A stretch of 64,000 nt of DNA from Candidatus Latescibacterota bacterium (GTDB lineage: Bacteria; Latescibacterota; UBA2968; UBA8231), in assembly GCA_965248265.1 (NCBI GenBank), contig CBDFJF010000002.1, positions 320,001 to 384,000 of the forward strand. The letters are read 5' to 3'. Positions within the stretch are counted from its first letter, which is position 1; the number at the start of each line of letters is the position of its first letter. Both the position numbers and the translations under genes were made by a program. The notes below the pieces were generated by a model. The model had not been told where the DNA came from, did no database searches, and saw only the letters and a list, made by a program, of their open reading frames with translations. Positions 29,453-39,397 of this stretch are shown in pieces.

Positions 29453-30192
29453 GCGAACTGCTCCCTGCGGATCGCGCGCACATCTACCTCGAGCTCCAGA
29501 TCCAAGAGCGGCGGCCAGGCATGGTGCCACACGGCGCCGCGCCGGGCGGCGGGGCCGAGTTCTTCGAGGATGTCGTCGATGACACCGTCGACTCCGCGCA
29601 CGCTGTAGAGGTTGGTGCTGCTGACCGAGTCCCAGCCACCCCCCAGATCCAGCAGGCGCTGGGCCACCGTACTCATGACGAACGCTCCTTTGGTGCGCAT
29701 CGATTCGACATCCGTTTGTCCAAAGCAGACGACTCGTTCCTCGGGCGTGTTACCGTCACGGCCGTCGGCGGCGCCCGAGATCACGAAGGTGGGGACCTGA
29801 ACATCGGTAGTGGCGGTGTAGGAAAACGCGTACAACTCGGTTTTGGTCGGGGGGCTGTACATCGGAGCGACGTTCGTCCGCGCAACTGGATTGATGCCGT
29901 TAACGAACAGATCCCACTGTTTCAGTTTGTCGCAATAGGAACCGTTGAAGGCGCGAAATTCCTCACGGCTCATCGGAGCCGGAGAGCGTAACTCGAGGGC
30001 ACAGAGGGAAGCCAGGTCGAGTCCCTGTGCTTCCAAGTGTGTGCGGATGTAGTCAAATCCGTGACCCAACTCGGTCGCATTTGCGAGGGTCACGCGCACT
30101 ATTTCGTAGCCTGGATCCGCGATGACGCCCAACGAAAAGGGAGCCGCCCCCTTCAGGAAGTGATAGTGTCCACGCGGGTTGGCAATTGGCAT
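29446..30192 (-). CDS. CnbZ-like protein, tandem paralog
   Basis: Same motifs: GHYHFLKG, CALELRSPAP, NPVARTNVAP, PPLLDLELEVDVR. Confidence 0.72.
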   Translation of the reverse strand: MPIANPRGHYHFLKGAAPFSLGVIADPGYEIVRVTLANATELGHGFDYIRTHLEAQGLDLASLCALELRSPAPMSREEFRAFNGSYCDKLKQWDLFVNGINPVARTNVAPMYSPPTKTELYAFSYTATTDVQVPTFVISGAADGRDGNTPEERVVCFGQTDVESMRTKGAFVMSTVAQRLLDLGGGWDSVSSTNLYSVRGVDGVIDDILEELGPAARRGAVWHHAWPPLLDLELEVDVRAIRREQFAC

Positions 30193-30347
30193 GGGTTATC
30201 CTCGACAACAATCTAGTCTTGACTTTGGAAAACGAGGGATATATTGTACCAGTACAACGAGTTAAGGCTTTACAGGATAGTATGACATGAGGCCGATTTA
30301 TACAACTGTATGGCCGCTCAGGGCAACGCCGGACTGGAGGAGTTCGG

Positions 30348-31130
30348 ATGGCCGGTGAACTCAGCAGCGCGATCATTCAGGGAGGTACATCTGAAGGGAC
30401 GCCGAGGTCTGCCCGGGGTTTCGCGAACGAGCGCTCCAAGGCGCGGGTGGTGACCGGTGGTGGGGTCGGCGGTTTCGGCAGTCTTTTTGGCTCCTCCTCG
30501 CGCTCACGCAACGAGCAGGTTCGTGAACGCATGCTCAACCGCCTGCAGTCGCTGGTCGGGGGGCTCGAATCCGTGGCATCGCGCATCGCCTCGGGCAACG
30601 TTTCAAAGCGCCAGCGCACCATCCTGATGACTCGTTTCAACGATCTGCAGCGCAAGGTCAACGAACTCGACGGTATCGTCGCCGGAGAGGGCCAGGAGGC
30701 CAGCGGGAGGGCCCTCATCACCTCTGCGCCGGCGATTGCAGGCCGCCGGGGAGCGGTGCAGCCACCGGAGTTGCAGATTGGCAGCCGGGTTGAGGCTTCG
30801 TCAACGGCACAACGTCTGCGCGACTTCCAACAGAGCTTTCGCGCAGCCCGGAAGGAACGCCGCACCAGCGGTCGAGGTTCCCTGCCTCGATTCGGTGTCC
30901 TTGGCTCGGGCCAGAGCAACAACTCGGTCAGGGCTTCCGCGACGACGGGCTCGTTGCGCGATACCAGGGCCCGTGGCGGATTCAGTTCGCTCGTGGGGGC
31001 CACATCGGGCGCCACCTCGGATTCGTTGATCGGCAACTCCGCCCGTGCGCAACGTTCCGGTCAAGACCGCAGCATTCTGGCGGGTCAAAAACCAAGCACG
31101 GGTGGCTCCCTCGTAAACATCCTTGCCTAG
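30348..31130 (+). CDS. Hypothetical basic G/S/R-rich protein with flagellin-like helix
   Basis: Strong RBS GGAGGAG, own terminator, low-complexity composition. Confidence 0.7.
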   Translation: MAGELSSAIIQGGTSEGTPRSARGFANERSKARVVTGGGVGGFGSLFGSSSRSRNEQVRERMLNRLQSLVGGLESVASRIASGNVSKRQRTILMTRFNDLQRKVNELDGIVAGEGQEASGRALITSAPAIAGRRGAVQPPELQIGSRVEASSTAQRLRDFQQSFRAARKERRTSGRGSLPRFGVLGSGQSNNSVRASATTGSLRDTRARGGFSSLVGATSGATSDSLIGNSARAQRSGQDRSILAGQKPSTGGSLVNILA

Positions 31131-31158
31131 AAGGCAATCGATCCCCGTCACCCACTCC

Positions 31159-31182
31159 GCAGGCTGCATGCCTGCTTTTTTT
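31159..31182 (+). terminator. Intrinsic terminator
   Basis: GCAGGC-TGCAT-GCCTGC then T7. Confidence 0.8.
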
Positions 31183-31260
31183 GTGCCGTTTTGTCGGTGC
31201 CGAGGCTGAAGTATATTCCTGCCTCTTTCCGGAGATTCCCGTACATACTGAGGCAGAAAG

Positions 31261-32325
31261 ATGGCTACGAAAAAGCGCTGCCTGATGATCGGCGCCGGTG
31301 GCATGGCTCGCAATTGGATTGATGGTTTTTTCCCTCCGTTCAAGAGACGGTCCGAAATCGTCGGTCTCGTCGATATCGACGAGAGCATCCTGCACGACAA
31401 GGCCGATCAACTGGGGCTGCCACAGCAGGCGCGGTTCACCGACTTTCGGCGCGCCTTTGCCGAGGTTGAGGCAGACTACTGCACCATCGTGACACCGCCG
31501 TGGGTTCATCGCGCCTGTGTCGAGGCGGCCTGCAAACACGGCATGGCGATTCTGACGGAAAAACCGATTGCCGACAGCTGGAAAGACGTCGCCGCCATCT
31601 ACCGTGCCGTTCGCCGAGCCAAAATAAAGTGCACGGTAATGCAGAACTACCGTTACGAACCGCCGATGTACACCTTCCGCTCGTTGCTGCGCGATGAGCG
31701 CCTCGGCCGTCTCAACTACATCATGGGCAAGTTCATGGCAGACTACCGCCGCTACGGGGCGTGGGGCCCGTTCCGTCACAAGATCCCGCATTCGCTGTTG
31801 GTGGAAGGCGGTGTTCACCACCTCGACATGCTGCGCAACCTGTCAGGTTCAAGGTGTGTCGAGATCTCCGGGTACGAGTGGAATCGCCCGTGGTCGAGTT
31901 TCAAGGGCGGGTCCAACGCCAACTACGTGATGAAGATGGCCAACGGCGTTATCGCCCACTACGAGGGCAGCTGCAGTGCTGCTGGCAAGCAGAATAACTG
32001 GTACCAGGAATACTACCGGGCAGAGTGTGAGAACGGGGAAGTGGAAGTCGATGACGATGGCATCGTGCGCACAGTGATACGCGATAAGAAGACCGGGAAG
32101 ATCACGACGAAAGAGATAAAGCTGAAGACACCGAAATTCGTCGGACACGGTTACGTCATCGACGCCCACCTGAAATGGCTGAGCGGCGGTGCCAAACCAG
32201 AGACCGCCCTGGACGAAAACATCCACAGCAACGCGGCCATGTTCGGGGCCATCGAGGCCTCTCGTAAGGGCACCGTCGTCGATGTTGCTGCCATGGTTGC
32301 CAAAGCGACGGAGAGCAGGCCATGA
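31261..32325 (+). CDS. Gfo/Idh/MocA oxidoreductase
   Basis: IGAGGMA, VTPPWVH, LTEKP, GVHHLD. Confidence 0.92.
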   Translation: MATKKRCLMIGAGGMARNWIDGFFPPFKRRSEIVGLVDIDESILHDKADQLGLPQQARFTDFRRAFAEVEADYCTIVTPPWVHRACVEAACKHGMAILTEKPIADSWKDVAAIYRAVRRAKIKCTVMQNYRYEPPMYTFRSLLRDERLGRLNYIMGKFMADYRRYGAWGPFRHKIPHSLLVEGGVHHLDMLRNLSGSRCVEISGYEWNRPWSSFKGGSNANYVMKMANGVIAHYEGSCSAAGKQNNWYQEYYRAECENGEVEVDDDGIVRTVIRDKKTGKITTKEIKLKTPKFVGHGYVIDAHLKWLSGGAKPETALDENIHSNAAMFGAIEASRKGTVVDVAAMVAKATESRP

Positions 32326-33275
32326 CCCATCGTATCCTGTTCCAATCCGATGCGGATCCCTACCACGCCATCGTGCCGATGCTGCAGGAGCGCTGCCAGC
32401 TGGACTGGTGGCGCGAACCCGAAGTCGACCCAGGGATCGATTTAAATACCATAGAAGGGATCTACGTCTACAGCCACATGTGGCTGGATCAGTCCCTGAT
32501 GGAGCGCATGCCCAACCTGCGGGTGATCAGCAACTTCGGGGTGGGCTGTGACCATATCGACCTGGAAGGGGCGGTCCGCCTGGGCATTCCCGTAGGTAAC
32601 ACGCCTGGTGTTCTGGATGCGACGACGGCCGATTTGACTTTTGCACTGTTGATGGCTGCCGCTCGCAACCTCTTTCCCGGTTACCATCACGCAAGGGGTC
32701 CGGATTTCACTCACTACGATGCCGCCATCCTACTCGGCCAACACCTCACCGGCGGTACCATCGGCATCGTCGGGCTGGGACGCATAGGCTACCAGGTGGC
32801 CAAGAGGGCGCTGGGGTTTGACATGGATGTCATCTACCACAATCGCACTCGCAACGCCAGGGCCGAAGAAGATCTCGGGGCCCGCTACGTGCCGCTGGAT
32901 GAGCTCCTGACGAAGGCTGATTTCGTCACCCTGAACATGCCGCTGACGGACGAGACCCGCGGCATGATCGGGAGTCGTGAGTTGTCACTGATGAAACCCA
33001 CTGCTGTGCTCGTGAACGCCGCCAGAGGGCCCGTCATCGACCAGGGGGCGCTGGTCGAGACCATGCGTGAGCGCCGGATTCATTGCGCGGCCCTTGATGT
33101 GACTGACCCCGAACCGCTACCTCGTGATCATGAGCTGTTGAGCATGGACAACGTCATCGTCATCCCTCATCTGGGCAGTGCCACGGTGAAGACGCGCGAC
33201 GACATGACGCGGATGTCGGTGGATAACCTGCTTGCCGGTCTCGAAGGTCGTCAGGTGCCGCACCGGATTGCGTGA
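32322..33275 (+). CDS. D-2-hydroxyacid dehydrogenase (glyoxylate reductase-like)
   Basis: GVGCDHID, NTPGVL, GLGRIG, NAARG, LDVTDPEP, PHLGSAT. Confidence 0.92.
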   Translation: MTHRILFQSDADPYHAIVPMLQERCQLDWWREPEVDPGIDLNTIEGIYVYSHMWLDQSLMERMPNLRVISNFGVGCDHIDLEGAVRLGIPVGNTPGVLDATTADLTFALLMAAARNLFPGYHHARGPDFTHYDAAILLGQHLTGGTIGIVGLGRIGYQVAKRALGFDMDVIYHNRTRNARAEEDLGARYVPLDELLTKADFVTLNMPLTDETRGMIGSRELSLMKPTAVLVNAARGPVIDQGALVETMRERRIHCAALDVTDPEPLPRDHELLSMDNVIVIPHLGSATVKTRDDMTRMSVDNLLAGLEGRQVPHRIA

Positions 33276-33339
33276 GCATGGGAAAAGTGGATGTTAAAAC
33301 AGCATACACAGACAGACACGGAGGACAGGACAGGAATCG

Positions 33340-34284
33340 ATGACTGAGAATCACCGCAACGTAATCATCATAGGATCGGGTCCAGCAGGGTTCACGGCCG
33401 CCTTGTACGCAGCACGGGCCGACCTGGCACCACTTGTGTTCGAGGGACTGCAGCCCGGCGGGCAGCTGACGATCACGACGGACGTGGAGAATTACCCCGG
33501 TTTTCCCGAGGGCATCATGGGGCCGCAGATGATGGATCTGTTCCGGGAGCAGGCGCAGCGCTTCGGCGCCGAATGCGTGTTCAAGACGGTCACCGGAGTC
33601 GATCTGGAAAGCGGGGCGCCGTTCACGGTCGAGGCCGAAAACGGGACCTTCACCGCCGATGTCGTCATCATCGCCACCGGGGCTTCGGCACGGTTGCTGG
33701 GCATCGAGTCAGAGGATCGCCTGATGGGACACGGTGTCTCCGCCTGCGCCACCTGTGACGGGTTCTTTTTTCGAGACAAGGAGCTCGTCATCGTCGGAGG
33801 CGGGGACTCGGCCATGGAGGAGGCCACCTTCCTGACAAAATTCGCCTCCAAGGTGAACATCGTACACCGCAGGCCCCAGTTCAGAGCGTCGAAGATCATG
33901 CTGAGGCGGGCGCAGGACAACGACAAGATTGAGTTCGTCTTGCCCGCTACCGTCGAAGAGATTCTCTCCCCGGATGGTGAATTGGCGGTCAATGGCGTGC
34001 GGCTGAAAAATCCGGACACAGGCGAGGTGTGGGAGAAGGGATGCGAGGGTGTCTTCATGGCGATCGGACACCGGCCGAACACACACCTGTTCACGGACCA
34101 GCTGGAGATGGACGAAAACGGTTATCTGATCACGGCGCCGGATTCGACGGCGACGAAGATTCCGGGGGTTTTCGCCTGCGGTGATGCTCAGGACCACGTC
34201 TACCGGCAGGCCGTTACCGCTGCCGGCACCGGTTGCATGGCGGCGATTGAGGCTGAGCGCTGGTTGTCTGAACACGCCGCTTGA
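33340..34284 (+). CDS. trxB: Thioredoxin-disulfide reductase
   Basis: [40 protein letters not shown]. Confidence 0.97.
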   Translation: MTENHRNVIIIGSGPAGFTAALYAARADLAPLVFEGLQPGGQLTITTDVENYPGFPEGIMGPQMMDLFREQAQRFGAECVFKTVTGVDLESGAPFTVEAENGTFTADVVIIATGASARLLGIESEDRLMGHGVSACATCDGFFFRDKELVIVGGGDSAMEEATFLTKFASKVNIVHRRPQFRASKIMLRRAQDNDKIEFVLPATVEEILSPDGELAVNGVRLKNPDTGEVWEKGCEGVFMAIGHRPNTHLFTDQLEMDENGYLITAPDSTATKIPGVFACGDAQDHVYRQAVTAAGTGCMAAIEAERWLSEHAA

Positions 34285-34324
34285 GACAAGCGTGCCTGAA
34301 ACTCTACGCTACTCTCGAAAAACG

Positions 34325-34396
34325 CGATCCGTGTCAGCACGATCCGTGTCAGCACGATCCGTATCAGCCGGCGATGGCTGACACGGATCGTTTTTT
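34325..34396 (+). terminator. Terminator with triplicated 15-bp 5' arm
   Basis: CGATCCGTGTCAGCA x3, then inverted GCTGACACGGATCG and T6. Confidence 0.75.
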
Positions 34397-34397
34397 C

Positions 34398-35849
34398 TTA
34401 GTCGATCAGGTTTTTAAAGGCGTCCTCACCACGCCGGAACAGTTCCTTCACGTCCTGGCGCTGGCGGTCGTCGTTGTAGCGTCCGACCGTATCGATCCAC
34501 TTGAGGGATTCCCCGATCGAGTCGAGGAAGAACCGGGTGGCTTCCGGGCGTTCGGCCGGAGTGCGGCCACAGCGGACATAGACCGGACTGCTGTGGGCGT
34601 AGATCGATTGATCAAAGCTGTCGCGGGCATTGCCCCATAGCCGCACGGCAATCCAGCCGTCGGTGTCGAAGCGTGATCCGTACTTGAAGGTCCCTTCTCG
34701 CGGGCCGCTCAACCACTCTTCCCGGTGGACGACGGTGCCGTTGACGACAATCTCGGCGGCGTCGACGGGGTAGTAGGAACGAAACGTCACTTCTGCCTCG
34801 ACCTCGGCCGCGCCATTAGACTCCACCGTACTGCCGATGGGCAGGTCGTTGACCTTGAGGTCGACGGCCGGACCGTTGGTGATGTAGGTGCGGCCCGCCT
34901 TCATGCCCTCGATCCAGCTGGCGTAGGAGAACTCGGTGCCGTTATCCATCTGGACGTAGACGCGGTTGTTGGAGCAGACGAACCAATCGGTGCCGGTTGA
35001 AGCCGGCAGCCGTATGCCACAATTGAGCAGCTTGTACCACAGGTCGTATTCCGGATCCATCCAGAATGGATCGAACATGTTGAAGGCATCCAGCTTGCCG
35101 AGGACGGCGGCCACGGGTGCCTCCATGCCGCGGCCATTGTGACACCAGATGACGATACCGCCCTGATCGCGGGTTTCGTCGCAGCAAAAACACAGGGGTG
35201 GATAGTCCGGATCGAACTGGGCCGTGAGCGTGTGACCGCGACTGACCGGTTGCACCAGATTTCGGATGTTGAGGAACATGACGTGACCGTAGCCGAAGCC
35301 CCATGGCGAGCTGTCGCCGTAGTGCCGGTTCTCCTCGCCGATGTCGAGTACATGGTGGGCGGTGGTGAATTCGTTCATCACCCCGATCGGGTACTTGTTG
35401 CTGGCGTAAGGCAGTTGCCGGCGGTCGAGGACGCTGACGGCTGTGACGTTGTAGCCCTCGACGCTGCAGTCGACGGCGAGGCGGTCGTCCGGGCGGGTCT
35501 CCTTTTCATCGTAGTGGATGTGGGTATTGCCGGGGTACCAACCGTCTTCCTGCGGGTAGTTCCAACGCTGAATCGGGATCTCGACGTCGACGACGCCGGT
35601 CTCCGGCGCCTGGACGACGACCCGGGTGGGCTCGTACTCGGTGCCGCGCTCTACCAGGATGTCATTGCGCCCCCGGTGGACCTCGACCTCGAACTCGCCG
35701 TCCGAGAAGAAGAAGGGCGTGCCGGACCCGATTTTCAGCAGGGCGTCTGCCGGGCGCTTGAATACCCCTGAACTGTCCAGGACGTGAACCTTGGCGTCGA
35801 TCTTCTGGTTGGTGGCGGCGTCCACGATGGTGCCATGCAGCGTAGCCAT
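34398..35849 (-). CDS. CehA/McbA family (PHP-like) metallohydrolase
   Basis: GWYPGNTHIH, YGH, WCH, STGTD, GRTYITNGP, AHSSPVY. Confidence 0.82.
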   Translation of the reverse strand: MATLHGTIVDAATNQKIDAKVHVLDSSGVFKRPADALLKIGSGTPFFFSDGEFEVEVHRGRNDILVERGTEYEPTRVVVQAPETGVVDVEIPIQRWNYPQEDGWYPGNTHIHYDEKETRPDDRLAVDCSVEGYNVTAVSVLDRRQLPYASNKYPIGVMNEFTTAHHVLDIGEENRHYGDSSPWGFGYGHVMFLNIRNLVQPVSRGHTLTAQFDPDYPPLCFCCDETRDQGGIVIWCHNGRGMEAPVAAVLGKLDAFNMFDPFWMDPEYDLWYKLLNCGIRLPASTGTDWFVCSNNRVYVQMDNGTEFSYASWIEGMKAGRTYITNGPAVDLKVNDLPIGSTVESNGAAEVEAEVTFRSYYPVDAAEIVVNGTVVHREEWLSGPREGTFKYGSRFDTDGWIAVRLWGNARDSFDQSIYAHSSPVYVRCGRTPAERPEATRFFLDSIGESLKWIDTVGRYNDDRQRQDVKELFRRGEDAFKNLID

Positions 35850-36907
35850 CAGAGCGTGTAGGTCTGGTAGGGAGTTTCGCAGGGATTGCCGTGACTCACG
35901 TGCATGCGTCCCTCGTCCACCTCCAAGATCACGCTGAACACGCTCCTGCAGTATCCGGTCGTCGGGTCGTCGTTGGGGTGCCGGCAGATGGAGGTCGGGT
36001 AGTGGTCGTGATCGCTCATGACCTTACATAACTCCTCAAGGGTGAAGGGTTGCTCGATACTGTCCAGTAACGCGTCTATGCGGCGCTGCCGCGAGCATGA
36101 CTGCATCAGATCGTCATACTCCTCCTTCACCGGGATTAGCGCGGGGTGGAGGCAGTGATTGGCATGGGTAAGAACCCCGTCCAGGGTGTCATCCAGCACG
36201 TGCACGTCCCCCAGGGTGACTTCCAGATCAGCCGGCCCCTCCGGCGTCGACAGCAGGATATTGGCCGGGATGGCGCGCTCGGCCCGGGCCACGGCTTCGA
36301 CCGCTTCTTCCAGCGAGCGAGCCTTGTAAATGCCACGGACGGTGAAGTAGTGGGGCACGCCAACCTCACGACTCGGCGCTGGCAAGGTATTGAGGCAGAC
36401 GCCGATGCCGGCTTCGCTGAGGCCGATGTAGGCCACCCGCCCCACCTGGGTGATGTTGATGTGGGCCAGCTCGTCACCCCCGGGACGACGGGTTAGGACG
36501 ACTGTGAAGGCATCCAGACCGGGGTCGTTGTCCCAGTTCTGTCCCAGGGTGGCGCTGCCGCTCTGGCAGACCTCCGGTGTCAGCGCGAAGGCGGTGCAGC
36601 CTTCGACAGCTTCCGGCTTCAGCTGGTTGCGCACCTGTAACAGCATGAGCTGTTCGAGTGACAGGCCCGAACTCTCCGACACGCCACGCAATTCTTCCAG
36701 CATGGCCGGGTCGTAGGCCTCGACATACGGCACACACCGGGCCGCCAATGACAACGCCGTCTCCCTCTTGACCGGGAACTCCAGATTTGCCCGTTCCATG
36801 AGTACGGCGTCGAATTCGTGCAGTTCCTCACGGGCCGCCTCTCCGAGCTGACGCCCCATTTCAGCAGGCGTGCCGCTGACTTCAATTTCGCGATAGCGCT
36901 GATTCAT
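35849..36907 (-). CDS. C45 family autoproteolytic acyltransferase/peptidase
   Basis: GCTAF cleavage site, GQNWD, THANH, ICRH. Confidence 0.9.
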   Translation of the reverse strand: MNQRYREIEVSGTPAEMGRQLGEAAREELHEFDAVLMERANLEFPVKRETALSLAARCVPYVEAYDPAMLEELRGVSESSGLSLEQLMLLQVRNQLKPEAVEGCTAFALTPEVCQSGSATLGQNWDNDPGLDAFTVVLTRRPGGDELAHINITQVGRVAYIGLSEAGIGVCLNTLPAPSREVGVPHYFTVRGIYKARSLEEAVEAVARAERAIPANILLSTPEGPADLEVTLGDVHVLDDTLDGVLTHANHCLHPALIPVKEEYDDLMQSCSRQRRIDALLDSIEQPFTLEELCKVMSDHDHYPTSICRHPNDDPTTGYCRSVFSVILEVDEGRMHVSHGNPCETPYQTYTL

Positions 36908-37878
36908 CGTACCTGCAACACCACCTTGCCGATGTTCTCGTTGTCGTTGAGGATGCGATGGGCCTCCTCCGCTTCGGTGATTGGCAATACCGCGTGGATG
37001 AGGGGTGCCATGGAACCGCGTTCGAGGACGGACCAGAACCGCTGCCGGAACTGGTTCGCGATATCGATTTTTTCTTCCAGGGGCCGGCTGCGCAGGAGCG
37101 AGCCGACAATGCGCAATCGCTTGCCCAGCACGGCAGCCAGATCGATGGTCGCCTCAGTGCCACCCAACAGAGAGATGATGACGAGTCGCCCCTTGAGCTT
37201 GAGCACCTCGATGTTCGAGGGCAGGTGGCTGCCTCCAGCGACGTCCAGCACTACGTCCACGCCGTCGCAGTGATCGAGGATGGCCGTGGCGAGATCGTCG
37301 CGGCGATAATTAACAGCCAGCTCCGCGCCCAGTTGTCGGCAACAGGCCAGCTTCTCTTCGGAGCCGGCTGTGGCAAGAATGCGGCAGCCTTCCACGCGCG
37401 CCAATTGAATCGCGGCCGTGCCGACGCCACTGGCCCCGGCATGGATCAGCACGGTCTCTCCCGGTGACAGGCCGGCTTCCAGAAAGAGGTTGACAAAGGC
37501 CGTATAGAAGGCTTCTGGGACTGCGGCCGCGTCGTTGAAGGGGAGCCCATCCGCAATCGGCGTCAGCAGCTTGTGATGTACAGTCACTCGCTCCGCATAG
37601 CCGCCGCCCGCCAGCAACGCGCAGACGCGGTCGCCAGGTTGTACATCACTCACATTAGCGCCGATTTCGGCAACCCTACCGGCCATTTCGAGTCCTAGGT
37701 AGGGAGGGGCGCCCGGTGGCGGAGGATAGTTGCCGTGGCGCTGCAGCAGGTCGGCCCGGTTGACGGCCGTGGCATAGATATCGACGAGGACCTCGTCCGG
37801 ACCGGGATCCGGGTCGGGCACTTGTTGCCATATCAGCTGATGTTGGGGACTGTCCTCGTCAACGACGATGGCATTCAA
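36904..37878 (-). CDS. NAD(P)H-quinone oxidoreductase (PIG3 family)
   Basis: VNRADLLQRHGNYPPPPGA, HAGASGVGTAAIQ, NIGKVVL; TTG start after GGAG. Confidence 0.92.
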   Translation of the reverse strand: MNAIVVDEDSPQHQLIWQQVPDPDPGPDEVLVDIYATAVNRADLLQRHGNYPPPPGAPPYLGLEMAGRVAEIGANVSDVQPGDRVCALLAGGGYAERVTVHHKLLTPIADGLPFNDAAAVPEAFYTAFVNLFLEAGLSPGETVLIHAGASGVGTAAIQLARVEGCRILATAGSEEKLACCRQLGAELAVNYRRDDLATAILDHCDGVDVVLDVAGGSHLPSNIEVLKLKGRLVIISLLGGTEATIDLAAVLGKRLRIVGSLLRSRPLEEKIDIANQFRQRFWSVLERGSMAPLIHAVLPITEAEEAHRILNDNENIGKVVLQVR

Positions 37879-37929
37879 AACGACGGCACTCCGGAGATAA
37901 TGTTGTGGGACGATAACGCGGGACAACGA

Positions 37930-37970
37930 TTGAGAGACACCAATTGCGAGACACCATGCGAGACACCAAT
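37930..37970. repeat. Triple direct repeat in divergent promoter
   Basis: TG(A/C)GAGACACCA x3 upstream of TATAAT at 37983. Confidence 0.6.
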
Positions 37971-38031
37971 GGAATGTTCCGCTATAATAATCTGGCAGGC
38001 AAGTCGAAGATATCGAATCGTGCGGGAACTG

Positions 38032-38448
38032 ATGACGGCTGACGAGATGCAGTTGTACCTGTTTTATGATGGCAGCTGCGCGCTGTGCCGGCGCTTCGCC
38101 GATGTGGTCGAACGTTGGGACGTGGACAGGTCCATCGGTGTGATCGATCTGGCCGATCCAGGAATTGCAGAGCGATTTCCCCAGATAGACCTGGAATCGG
38201 CAGTCCAGGAGCTGACCGTGAGCGAGCCAGGCGGCAATGTCTTTCAAGGGAGCCAGGCACTGCAGCGCCTGACGCGGTTGTTGCCGGGGATTCGGAGCCT
38301 GACCTGGGCCTATCGTCTGCCCGGGGTGGTTCCCGCGGTTGGCAGGGTGTACGGTGCCGTGAACCGCCGCCGCAAGCGGTTGTGTCTTCACTGCGGCGAA
38401 AAGTGGATGCCTTCGATGAAGTACAGCCGCCGCAAAAAGGGCCGATAG
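38032..38448 (+). CDS. DCC1-like thiol-disulfide oxidoreductase (DUF393)
   Basis: LFYDGSCALC, YGAVNRRR; extra C-terminal CLHC. Confidence 0.85.
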   Translation: MTADEMQLYLFYDGSCALCRRFADVVERWDVDRSIGVIDLADPGIAERFPQIDLESAVQELTVSEPGGNVFQGSQALQRLTRLLPGIRSLTWAYRLPGVVPAVGRVYGAVNRRRKRLCLHCGEKWMPSMKYSRRKKGR

Positions 38449-38564
38449 TAAGGGCGTAAGGCGGTTCATTAAAGCTTGCCCGACAGAGCAGTAAGTCCTA
38501 AGTTCTAAACAACTTCCGTGCGATTCGGAGAGACGAACTCAGACGTTCACAGGGTCGATGTCCA

Positions 38565-38966
38565 ATGGCAGATCAAAACGCGGCAAAGGGTGAGATCAAG
38601 GGCGTAGTTGTCGAGATTTTTGACGAGGAGTACCGCATTGGCGGCGAGCCGTCGCAGGTACAACCGGTCGCCGATTATGTCGACAAGAAAATGAAGGAGA
38701 TGGCAGCCGAACACGGCGGTCGCCTCCCCAAGGCGCAGGTCGCCATCCTCACCGCCATGGAAATAACCGCTGAACTGTTTCGTGTCATGCGAGATCGCAC
38801 CGACTTCACGGAGAAGGCCCATGCCAGTATCGACCGGCTCACCAAGCTCGTCGAGGAGAGGGCCAAGATGTCGGATGTCGGTGGCGGCACCGAGGAGACG
38901 TCGGCTCTTGAGCGCAGGATCCGCGAACGCTCCATCCGCATCCCGGATTCATCCGTTATCTCCTGA
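38565..38966 (+). CDS. zapA: Cell division protein ZapA
   Basis: VEIFDEEYRI...VADYVDKKMKE...VAILTAMEITAEL. Confidence 0.88.
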   Translation: MADQNAAKGEIKGVVVEIFDEEYRIGGEPSQVQPVADYVDKKMKEMAAEHGGRLPKAQVAILTAMEITAELFRVMRDRTDFTEKAHASIDRLTKLVEERAKMSDVGGGTEETSALERRIRERSIRIPDSSVIS

Positions 38967-38970
38967 GCTC

Positions 38971-39378
38971 CTGAACCCCCCCAGAGGCTTTCTTTCTGGA
39001 ACGCTCCTGCTGGCGGCACTGGCTCTATTCTCGATCAGTTGCGCCAGCACCCCCAAGTACATCCCCGAAGATTGTCCCGTGTTCTCGGAGATCGAAGCCG
39101 TACGCGTGAACCCTGCGTGGGCTCTGGATCGCCACTTGCGTTTGGAGGTAGCCTTCAAGGTGTGCCCACCCAAAGAGGGATTGGCCGAGATCCGGCGCAA
39201 ACGTATCGAGATCAAGCATACCCTGATCAGGTTCTTGAGCAGCAAGACCGAAGCCGAGTTGGAGGATCCACTGCGGGTGGAGAACTTGAGGCGTGGAATC
39301 CACCGGATCGTCAACGAAGAGGTGATGAAGAAGGGCACGGTGGAGGAAGTATTCATCACCGCCATGGAACTGGAATAA
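38971..39378 (+). CDS. FliL-family protein with lipoprotein signal
   Basis: LALFSISC lipobox; VNPA...HLRLEVAF...FLSSKT...LRRGIHRIVNE...GTVEEVFIT; probable CTG start. Confidence 0.65.
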   Translation: MNPPRGFLSGTLLLAALALFSISCASTPKYIPEDCPVFSEIEAVRVNPAWALDRHLRLEVAFKVCPPKEGLAEIRRKRIEIKHTLIRFLSSKTEAELEDPLRVENLRRGIHRIVNEEVMKKGTVEEVFITAMELE

Positions 39379-39397
39379 GTCGGAGGCAGCAGTTCGG

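Noticed and set aside
34325-34390. Possible CRISPR array
   Set aside because: Repeats are contiguous with no spacers and there are no cas genes
37879-38469. N-terminal extension of the 521-aa quinone oxidoreductase ORF
   Set aside because: Overlaps the DCC1-like gene on the other strand; family similarity starts at about 37878
38967-39200. 6S RNA expected downstream of zapA
   Set aside because: Region is occupied by a coding frame and no long hairpin is visible
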